Positions 24,601-36,600 of a stretch of DNA of 64,000 bases are shown in pieces. How positions within the stretch are numbered: position 1 is the stretch's first letter; the number at the start of each line of letters is the position of its first letter. The notes below the pieces were generated by a model. The model had not been told where the DNA came from. It worked only from the letters and a program-made list of their open reading frames with translations, and did no database searches. A program made the translations under genes and the position numbers. Source of the DNA: Botryllus schlosseri (taxonomy: Eukaryota); contig CM119372.1 of assembly GCA_051294905.1 (NCBI GenBank), forward strand, positions 14,696,001 through 14,760,000, in the 5' to 3' direction.

Positions 24601-27600
24601 TCTCTCGTCATGTTCCGCGGCATCTTTACCGAATATAGTGATGTTGTCCAAGTAAGCCAGAGTCCCCTTCAAACTGTGGTCGTCGATGAACGAATCGATA
24701 AAACGTTGGAAAGCAGCCACTCCATTGGTGATGCCGAAAGGCAACCTGCAAAACTGATAAAGGGAGCCGCAAGCTTCAAAGGCGGTAAACGGCTTGTCAG
24801 ATGAAGATAGCGTAACTTGGTGATAAGCCGACTTCAGATCAATAGTCGAATATACTTTACCTTTCGACACTTCATTTACGATAGTCTCAATTTTTGGCAA
24901 GGGGTACGCATCAAGCGGAGTATACCTGTTTATGGTTTGCGAATAATCAATGACAAGTCTTCTCTTGTGCCTGGAATCCTTCGTAACTAATACTTGAGCA
25001 CGCCAAGGAGAGCGAGAAGGCTCAATTATTCCTTCTTCGAGTAAGCGATCAACTTCGTCTTTGATGAACGATTGATCTTCGCGACTATAATTTCTTGACG
25101 GAGTGGCGATAGGCTTGCAATTGGAATCTAGGAACCGAAATAGCTGAAGAGGTTCTGCCTTAGCAGGGGACAAAGCGCACGATCGACTTTGTATTGTCAG
25201 CGGTTCTTCGTTTCCGTCAAACTCGAAGATGACTTTCCTGTGCTTCATGAAATCATGACCAAGAATTACATCAGCGCACAAATCCTTAACCACCCCGAAT
25301 GTGATACCCACATAGTTTCGAGATAGCATTTCGAAAGAAATAGTAAAGGTGCCGGATACTTCAGCTGTCGCTGTCTTGGATGCGAGTGATATGGTGGTGG
25401 GCTGACCTTGTGGCAAGAATCCTAGTTTAGTAGCTAGCAACTCGTCCATATAATTTTCGAAGGAGCCGGAGTCTAAGAGAACGCCCACAAGTAATTGATT
25501 AATTTTAGCTGTGCATGACGCACGCCAGAGACAATTTGGAACTCCGGCTAGAAGCATGCTGGCGGTCGCTCGGATGTCATATGAACGAGGGGATCGACAT
25601 ACCTTTGCAAAATGCCCCTTTTTTCCGCATTTCAGGCATTCGACATCCTTTGCAGGACAATATCGCTTGTCTGCCACATGAGATCCGCCGCAGAAGATAC
25701 ATTTGCGCAGTAATCTCGGTGCTCCAGGCTTTTCTACAGCGGCGCTAGAATCTGTCCCGTGTTCCTGATCTCTTTGCCGAACTGCTGCAATTTCCGTAGA
25801 AGCGACGGTGTCAGACGAAGGAGTGGTGACATTGTAAGAGCTTGCGAACAACTGGGCTCTTTCCAATGTGTCCGCAGTCTGGAATGCTTTTTGCATAGTT
25901 AGTTCATCGCATTCCAGTAATCTCTGTCGAATTGCAGGGGACCTCAGCCCAGTGATGAAAGCGTCTCTTACAGCTTCCTCTTTATGCTTTCGAGCATTAA
26001 CGGCCAAAAAATTACAATCTTTGGACAATGCCATCAATTTCCTAGAAAATTCTGACACGTTAACTCCGACCTCTTGCGTTGCAGTTGCTAACAGATGTCG
26101 GGCGTAGACTTCGTTTTTCTTCTTTTTGTAAAGGGACTGCAGCTCGGTGATAGCAGCATCGTAATTATCAATTTCTTCAATAAATGAGAAGACTTCAGGT
26201 GATAAATAACCTGACAATATAGCGAGCTTGTTTACATCAGTTGAAGGAGCAGTTATAGCTTCGATTAAACTCTTCAACATCCGCTCCCAATGAGAGAAGA
26301 TCTTTACACTATCTGCAGAGTCCGGTAGAACGTCCAACGTTGGAACTTTAATATACTTCTCTCCGGACATTACTACAGGCGATCTATCTCAAGCAGCGAG
26401 ATATAATTTAAGTTAGTAAAATTGTCGTACCAGTAAACAGAAGACTCTTGTTTCGTTGGCTTTTACTAACTTAAATCTCGGCATCAAATAGAACAGTAAC
26501 AGTAACAGTAACAGTAGCGATTTAAGTAACAGAGGAATTGGAAACTAATGATTAGAAAAGCAATGATTACATGATGCGCGATGGCTTGAATACAAAAGAG
26601 TATTATACGAATCACCACACCATGCGATAGTGAACTCATGACAAGGTCTACAAATGCTAAACATGTCAGTCATGTGATAGTTACAACCATCCGAAGGCAT
26701 TGTAGTCCGCACAATATCTTGGGTGAAGGGTTCACCTTTCCGAACTAGCATGATGTCATGCGATTGCGATAGTGAACTCGTGACTGGGTCTACAAATGTA
26801 CAATACGCTTGTGATTTCACAGGAATATTCGTATCCAGTCGATAGATAGTTTACTTTTGGGTAATTTGCAAGTCTACCACTTCCTTCCATTTGATGATGT
26901 ACACAACAACAGCTAAGAGGATAAGTGTAAGCAGTCGAAAAGGCCGTGTTTTGGCTGTTGTATTATTATTAGCGTCACACTGCGCCGAGTACCAGCGACT
27001 GCCTGTCTATTTTGATACGAGTACTGAACTGCATCGTTTATCTCGCAGTGATGTCAAGAAGATACAAGACGGAATGGCCGACAAAGTGTCGCTGGCGATA
27101 CAATACGTTTGCATGGTCCTCGCCGGACTTATAATCGCATTCATATATTCCTGGAAGCTATCTCTTGTTTCTCTGGCGGTATCCCCGTTCTTGGTGGTAT
27201 CGTCCGCCGTGATATTCACGGTAAGTTGTAGTAGCAGCTACCGAATCGTATCGAAGTGCCGTAAGTCGCCAATGTACCCTGATTTGTTTGACGCCTGTAG
27301 CGTACGCGCGCATATCAAGTTCCCTTTCAAGTCGGCAATTACTGTGATCTCATTTGTTTTGTATTCCGCTGCGCCAGTTTATGTTTTTTGGCAAATTCGC
27401 TATTTATGTTTGAACAACTAATTTGCTTCAATTCGACGAGGGGGAATTAGTTCGGCGTCCGTGCAAAGCGAGCAATATATATTCCCTCGGCTTCACGGTC
27501 ATTCGTTCTGATTTTACAACGCAACTGCGCAGGGGGAAGTGACGCTCACTGTCAAACAAAACCCATCGCTATATTCCGCTGACTCATTCGTTTCAATGTG

Positions 27601-30600
27601 TTGATGAGTCGCCCTGAAATGTGCGATATACTTTCAGAAAATTGAATAATATATATTCATATTGAAATAAACCCGAACATTTTCGGCAGACACTCGTCAA
27701 GGGTAATCGCCAGCAACTAGGAGATTTGAAAAGAACTATGTATAACGACATCACCAAATATGACGTCACTAGCATAAAAAAAATCGAAAAATCGAGGCGA
27801 GCAAATGACATGCGCTCAATGTACTTAAATATTTGGGTTTATTTCTATATGAATATATTATTCAGTTGTACATTGCAGTTCTTTATCTCCAAGAGTGTTC
27901 TCATTTTCTTTAAGCTAAGCAAGAAATACACGAAAAAGGAGCTGGACGCATACGCTCACGCCGGGGCCATTGCCGAGGAGACCATATCGTCGATTCGCAC
28001 TGTCGTGGCGTTTGGAATGCAAGACGAGCAGGATAAGAGGTACTACGCGCTCGTCAGAGTATCTCGCAATAATACTGCTCGGATCTCACTAGGAATGTGC
28101 CGCGTCATAATTTGATCGCTTGATAACCAGCTCCGTGTCGGCTTGTTTTTTAGCACACTATTCAGTTTGTTGTTGCCTTTCGCCGAATTACGTCTAATTT
28201 GACTTCGAATATTTTGATGATTACATCCATCCGGCATCGAATCAGCTTCGTTGGTGGTGTGCAGTCAGTGTATGGTTTTCGACATTTCACGTTGTGTAGT
28301 GATTTTGTGCATGAATGCTATATGTCCCACCGTTGTCGCTCCAAAATATGGTTAATGTACTGGTAAATGCTTCACATAATGGTTTATTTTATGTTACGCC
28401 TCCACATGGTATTCCAGGTATAAAACATTGTTCCTGGGGTATAACATTATCATAGTTTCTGGACATTTCGAAGTTTTCATTGGGTTTTATCAACAAATCA
28501 CGGATTGTCGATCATGTACACTAGGGCTGTTCAAAAATTACTTTTTTTCCTGAATCTTGCTGGTTACTTGATTAAATCGTTAGGTTGCCTTAAAAAACGA
28601 CGCATACCAAATTTGAATTCATTCCGACAAATATTCGCCGGTTACGTAGAGTTTGAAAATTTTGGATTTGCCCAAAAACGCAAAAAAAATTTTTCTCAAA
28701 TTTTTTTGCCAACCCCATGAAATTGTTGGGCTGTCTTCAAAAACTATGCAAAACAAATTTGACTCAATTCCAAGCTGTAGAACCGGAGTTATTTCAGTTT
28801 TTATTCGATAATTCTGAGATTATCCTTGATTGGTGGATAATCCAAGAATTATTACCGAAAAACTGGAATAACTCCGCTTCTACGGCTTGGAATTGAGTCA
28901 AATTTGTTTTGCATAGTTTTTGAAGACAGCCCAACAATTTCATGGGGTTGGCAAAAAAATTTGAGAAAAAATTTTTTTTGCGTTTTTGGGCAAATCCAAA
29001 ATTTTCAAACTCTACGTAACCCGCGAATATTTGTCGGAATGAATTCAAATTTGGTATGCGTCGTTTTTTAAGGCAACCTAACGATTTAATCAAGTAACCA
29101 GCAAGATTCAGGAAAAAAAGTTATTTTTGAACAGCCCTAATGTACACATTGCATCTTATCCTCCGCCTTTGACGTTCGCTTTTTGACATTACGAGGTCTA
29201 AAATACATTCATCAAAATGCTGTATTTGTGCACACCTGCGCGAGTGTTCCATCGCTTGGAAAATTCAGGGCGGAATCCCCCGTACTTGGAATTTCTTCTG
29301 GATGCGCCTTTGGAAGCCCAATCTCTTAGTCACTCGACTTCTTGGCTGATAGTGGCTCCTTGCTACAAGCCGGCATAAACAACCTTCGCCGTCGAAGGTG
29401 TAACTAGGCACCTATAAAATAATATCGTCCACATTTTTCTGTCTCAATTCACTCGGTTTGAGTGCAATTACATGTGTGTAACACTTAACAGAAGGTGATG
29501 GCCGCTTATCGATACGGACTTGCAACCACACAGCGAAAAGTACAATTAGGAATGTTAAATTGCCTAGGCCCGGCCACCGCCAATATGTTTGTATCTCACG
29601 CGGCCCCGCGGGGAAAGTAATTGCCCACCCGGCCGTCGGTAACGATTTATCGTATGGTTATCTTGCCATCAACGAGATAACGTAGTCTCTGGCTTAGAAT
29701 GCTATTTGGTCGGATTATTTCTAATCCAATCTCGCAATTATATGCCGCCGATACACGACCCAGTGAATCTTGGTGAGTGTTCCATACTGGTATTTAGCGA
29801 AATGCGGTAGCGAACCTTCATCCTTCGTAATCGCATATCAATCTGTTCGGTATTAGTATTAGCGAAATACTATTCGCGAATGGATTATGCGATGGGTCGA
29901 CGGCTCGTGCGTTATAGTACATTCACTTGACCATTTAGCTTGACAATATCCATGATTAAGCGGTGGGTCGACACTCGACAGTCGTACGTTTAAGTACCGT
30001 ACGATGTACATTCGTTTGAACAATTTGACAACATCCATGGCACCGAATAAGGATTGTTGTGTTTGTTATTGACGGTGTTTCAGCTATTATGGTCATTTAC
30101 ACTATGCTGATATTGCTTATCGAATAAAGATCTTTCAGACATGTGGCATGGGCCAATTCGCGATACGGAATCGATTTCGTCGTATAAATAATGCAAGAAT
30201 ATACTTCCATCCCATAGTAGCCGTTCCTATGCCCCCAAGTGAATCGTGTACTGTACGGTGTACCATGTACACTCCTATGCTATAGTGACAACGCAACATG
30301 ACAGTTCGTCAGATTGTCAAGTTTCGTGGATTTCTACGCGTTGTCGGATTGGCATGGTGGAGAGTATCTATTCTTGCGGCCGAATTACGTCGGGCGAAAT
30401 AGCTACAAATCGCCGTACGATCGCCCGAGGTATAATGCGGCGTTAAATCGCTTCTACTTTGCAATCATGTCTTTGTAGAAACTGTTAACCCTGATGTAGA
30501 TTTTGAGAGGGAAATTTTATTCAGTTAGTGACTTGATTTTCAACACAATACTGCGAATATCATTGTGCAATCGCAGTTGGCTGTGGTTGCCCGCCCCGTC

Positions 30601-33600
30601 ACAGCCAGTCGTCATTATTCGATGCTACATGTTCTACTGGAATGCGATATCCATCAATATTGAATTTTGAATGTAGTTGAAACATTAATCTATAACGTGT
30701 GTGTGTAACTTGTCCATACTTTCAGATATTCGTCCAACTTGGGCGAAGCAAAGGCAATGGGCATGAAAAAGGGACTCATCTTCGGCGCTAGTCTCGGCTT
30801 TCTTTATCTGACCATGTTTTCGCTTTATGCCGTCACATTCTGGTACGGAGTGACCCTCGTCATCGACGAAAATGACCCACTCACAGCTGGAGACATGATG
30901 GTCGTATTTTTCTGTATTCTGATTGCGGCCTTCGCCTTGGGAACGGTGAGTTGTTTGCAGTGAATTTGGCGAGCATCTAACTGTGAGTAAAGTTCACTCT
31001 AAGTACAGTGCACACGAGTCCCTATTGAATCGAGTAAACTATAATATTTATAGACGTGTCGGGACATGCCTTTCGATAGTTGTTGTTTCGTAACATCTCA
31101 AAAAACTGATATGTGAACTTGTCGGGTGGAGTGCCATGTGCTTTGGTAGGCCTACATTTGGCTGTGGTTCTTGACGTGCAAATACTCACCCAAGGTGGTG
31201 ACCTCGTACTGGAACTTGCATATACTTTATACTTAGCTAAGATGGATTCGATTTGGACATATAATTTCGTATGATTTTTAATCATACTGCGATTATCAAT
31301 TTGATTCGGTATTACTATGTATTCAATGTTTGGGATTGGATTGAAAGACATTGAATCTGCAGCGTGAGAACCGGCATTTTCTCCATTCCGTTTCTGCTTG
31401 GTATGGACCCGCCTATGTTAGTGGCGTGAAACGATTCCGCGAGATGCGGTAAAATCCGCCTTTCTGATGCGCAGACCCAGAGCAAACATAGCGCGTTCAA
31501 ATGATGTATAGCTAGTAGTTACGTGATTGAATTATAGTGATAAAAGGCAAGGGAATTCACGGGTGTACAGACCGTTTCTCAACAGTAAAATGATCGTGAA
31601 TCTCGTGACTTTGCGATGCCGTTATTCCACAAAAGAATGTAATCGATCACGAATCGCCGGCCTCTCACTTCTGTTGACATTTTCTGGGATTGCTTGGTCC
31701 CGGAAATTTTGCTGATAGCTGCATTGCGCGAATGTTGCGTAAGAGACAGGGTACATCCTCTCTACCGCTATGTGGTTTCTTTTTAATGCATATTATTCTG
31801 TCTAACTTGTATGCATATGCATATACATAACTTACTAAATTCATTATATATTTGCGAATGGAGAATGTTACTTTGACGATGAAAAGCAAAAAGCAGAAAT
31901 TTGCGGATGTAAACATCTCTATCTGCGAAAGTCACCATTAGTCACAGAACTCACGACAGCTGTCCTTCTCATCCGCCTATCTCTTCCGTTGTGGTTCCCT
32001 AGCTTGATTTAGCAACGGACCGAAATGTTATCACTAGGGCAAGTTTTTGCAACTTTTGCAACTTTTTTTACAGCTTCCGGCAGCTTCCTAAATACTCAGA
32101 AGTTATGTAGAATGGCGTTTTAAGCTGTTTGGAGGATTCTTATAATGCAACTTTTTGCAACTTTTCCCCATTTTTTCATGCAACTTTTTGTAACTTTTTC
32201 GATTTTTCAGGAAACTTTTTTCGACTTTTCATGCAAATTTTTGCAACGTTTTCCTGGAAATATTTGGTTCTATATGTAAATAGAGATCTCTTGATTATTT
32301 CAATGTCGTTAAAATTTGAGGTCCTTTCTGATTTGACGTACACATTCAGTACAGCCAACACTGTGTTTTGCTACAGTGCCTTGGATACGGATCGATTCGA
32401 GTATCTCATACCCTAACAATTTCAAGGAACTTGTCCATTAATGCAACTTTTTAGTGCAACTTTTGTGAAAAATAAATGCAACTTTCCACGGATTTGACTG
32501 CAACAAAAACCTGCCCTAGATATCACTGAGGTCCCCGGAGAAATCGTGAGATATTGAAGGCCATAAGTTCAACACGCAACTTCAACTTGGAGTGTTAATA
32601 AATGTCATTATCAGCATGAAAAAGTGATCAAAATCGCAGATTTCGCCCAACTAAGGAAACAATGAATGTTAATCTTGTTTTCACCCCGACGAGCTCCAGT
32701 AGACATAATTACATATACTTAAAAAATAATAATTGGATATTCTATGGTTATGTCATGTTGTAAATTTACAGTCCATAACTCCAGCCCACCTGCTACCATA
32801 CCAACCTCAAGTTGGGAAGTGGTGACATAAAGCCAATGGTGTACGTGCAGGGACAGTTACTCACTTTGACAAGAAATAACCAAGCCTCCAAAAGACCCGA
32901 GCAAAATTATTTGCGGCTTAATAGGGCTTTGCGCTACTGTACCCATGGGAGCATCGCGAATAACTATAAATTTGACAACGCCTGATAGAGCATGGCTTGT
33001 CCCATTGCTGAGCAACCGTTAACGTTCCAGGCTGGCAGCAATTTCGAGTATTTTTCCGCTGCCCAAGCGGCGGGACAGCAGATCTTCGCGATTATAGATC
33101 GCGTTCCGCCGATCGATATCTTCTCGGAGAAAGGTCTGAAACCCGAAAATGTCACCGGGGAGATCGAAATCAGGAACGTCGAATTCAACTATCCGTCCAG
33201 GCCGGACGTGCAGGTAAAATTTCATGGTTAATATTCAACCGTATCAGCGCATGGGATTTCTAACTTGCGAATGCGGACCGCACAATGTTGCACAATTTAC
33301 ATACACCAGACTGCAGTGTATATACTCTATCTTGTAAGCCTGATTTTGGGCCTATGCGCGAGTCCTCTATTGAGTCTAACAATGACGCAACAATCGCAAC
33401 GCATGTATTGTAAGTGTAATCGTGCAATGTGCATTCAAGCAACAATTTCTACCAGCATATTAAGATACGAAGCAGATACGTACAGCCTATCCGGCCGCCC
33501 ACCAAACAACTGATTGAGGCATCTGTAACATAACCAAAGTGGAATCGCTGGTCAATCAGCGCTTCGAAAGCCAGAGAGTGCAGTGTTTCTTAACCTGTCC

Positions 33601-36600
33601 TAGCCTGACGAACCCCATATTTTCCCTGCGTCACAAAAAACGAAAAAAAATCAACCACTTTACACATCTAATACATTTCTTTAAAACACCGATGTACACA
33701 ATGAACTCTGCGTCAATACTCAACAGCGATGATAAAAAACGGAGAATATAAACCATTAAGAATCAGTTGTGTGCCTTCATCTCGACCGAACCCCCGAGAC
33801 TGGCTGAACTACTGATTCAGGGATTAGAGCAGTTATAGGTGCACTTTTACAGGATGCTGATGCTTCGTGAGGGAGAGAGAGATTCTCTCGGTTTCTTGCG
33901 TATGTGATGTGGGGTTGCCATGGCGGGCCAGTGCTCACTGATCATTCATCCGCAGAAAGATTAGGCTATTAGGATTAATTTTTGCGCCTGGTGCCCTTCC
34001 TGCTATGATCCGCCCTAGTGACGGTCAGAGGAAGCGGTCTGCAAGACAATGGTATGGGAGCGGGGGTATCACGACTATATATCATGCTGAAGCCACAAGT
34101 GATTTATACAAATACAAAATGGCACTATTTCCGGTGAACGAGATAATTTAAAGTATTTACGATTAACGAATTCCGAATATAGTCTACAATATAGCGTTTA
34201 AACATGATTATTTAATAATAATAGATCTCGCATATACGTCTGCTATGTATGTGCTATCTCTTCTCAGTGTATTTTGCATGTCTACCGCAACATTGACTGA
34301 TGAACAATGAACATGAACCGAACTTGAACAAGCAACATTTTGCATTACATCAGGTTTTGCGAGATGTCAGCTTCACCGTGAACCGAGGACAGACGGTCGC
34401 GCTCGTCGGCCAGAGCGGCTGCGGCAAAAGTACATGCGTCGGACTCATGCAAAGATTTTATGATGTCGAGGTGCGTATGAGGCAATTACGATGCGAATCT
34501 CGGAGCGTGATAAACTTTTGCTAATCACGTCGTGAGCAAATTGCCTCGGTAATAAAAATATAAGACGACTTTCGTACGCGTTTGTTCGGGATTTTTCAAC
34601 ACTGTTCGGCTACTATCATGCAATATATTTTTTTCTGTTTTCTGTTGTGGTTTTAAGCATCTCTTCGTTTTGATTTCATGAGGGCTGGCTGTAGAATGCG
34701 TGCCGAACGTATAAATTTGGTATAACGATCAGTCTCTATCAATCTCTGTCTCATCTCTATACTTCATAGCGCTTAATAAGGGCCCAAAACTGATTATCTT
34801 GATGTTCCTTTGTTTCCTGTTTTCTTTTGCCGTTTTATTTAATTGAAAGCCGATATATATATATAAATATATACTTCATTCACACCTATCTACGATTCTA
34901 CGTTTTGTAGCAGTAGCCTGCGTATTGAGATTGCCGTATTAATTTTTGACATTTGGGCCTCGCCTGTACACAGTTCTGTGGCATGCCTCTTCATACCTTG
35001 CCCATGTTTTAGAATGCTACGGGATATTTCTCATTCTGTGTATGTAGTGCGTAATGTGCATGCTTCATCAGTACACGTTCTGCCAATTTTGTTTCTAGAT
35101 TTATAAGCCATGGTGGGAGTTTGATGGATTGACGTCACGAGGCATTTTCGGCCCTTTCTTGTTATTGTATTGCAATTATTTTAGGATCTTGAATTGATAT
35201 AAAATGGTGGCAAAATCAGACTGATCGTGGACTGTTACGTCGTTACTTTTTTAAACGATCTCGAGACATGATTATAGCGACCACGCCACTCTTAAACAAC
35301 AAACACAATGCTGTTCTTCTAACAAACGTGTGCGATTACTCATTTCCCTCTTTACAGCCACTTATTTACTTTCTGAGCTGACCAGCTTGCTGGTCCTTTA
35401 CACGCGTGAACTATGCATGTGCACATCCGTTGTATGCGTTAAATTCGTGTCTATAACCTTGCAGGAGTTTGTCTTTATAATATCACGGCGATGCGTAATC
35501 TATTCGATAAGCCAGCAAAGAGATATCTAGATCTCCCTGACCAGCAGCGCAGGTTATGTAGCCTACTCCTGCTGCTTGAAGATGAACACTGAACAGTGAA
35601 CAATGAACATACTCGCTTGTTGACATCATGACTGTCATTCCCGCCATTACTGTCTAGAAAGGCGCGGTTTTGATGGACGGCAACAACGTGAAGGACTTGA
35701 ACGTGAAGTGGCTCCGAGATCAAATCGGCGTGGTCGCGCAGGAGCCCGTACTTTTCGACACCACCATCGGAGAGAATATCAGATGGGGCCGCGACGGTGT
35801 CACCGAAGACGAAATTGTCAGCGCTGCGAAAAAGGCGAACGCCTATGATTTTATCGTCAAGCTACCAAAGGTATTCGATATTTACGGCAAAGTCGTCGCT
35901 TACGGGAAGCATAGCTCATCAATTAAATTTTCCACTTAAATATATTAACCGTAAATGAGCACTGCGCTTTAAATATGATGTGGTCTCAAATTAAAGTTGA
36001 CTGTGTGAAAGACGCATAGGCTAATTACCGTAACTAAACCGGCGTGGTTCGTAAAGGCACAGTTCCATCAAAATATTGGCTAACAACTATCTAAAATTCA
36101 CTCTGCGTGTAGCGCGTCGGGAAAGTGCAGCAGTGCATAAATGCTTGCCATAAATTTTGCAACGAAATAAAAAGCGACGACCCGTCGCATCGGTATCACA
36201 GTTATCGATTTCATTTATTTTCACATATCGATGAAAATCATTTAGTTGCATAATGTCCGCAGACGGTGACTTTCTGAGGAAAATGGCTGTTGCCTAAAGA
36301 AACACTTTTAACACATTCAGCTTTAATTTGTGACCACATCATATTTATAGAGCGCCGTGCCTCTTTAAGGTATCATTGTTGTAAGGTTATCATAAGTCGG
36401 ACACGAGGACATCGTTGCGATTGTGACCCTACTCACGAACCGCGACTTGGTTATTACTTCAACCGGATTTCCTTTTCAGTCAGACGCCTGTTGTTGATTA
36501 TTATTTGACCCCTCTTGTGTATGTTTATTGTTTATCTGTGTATTTTAATCCTATCCGACTGTTTGTTTGGTGCGGGACTTGGCAAACATAACTGAGACTT

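Noticed and set aside
28505..29093. Twin ORFs with the same peptide on opposite strands
   Set aside because: Direct consequence of the palindromic MITE; no protein-like features.
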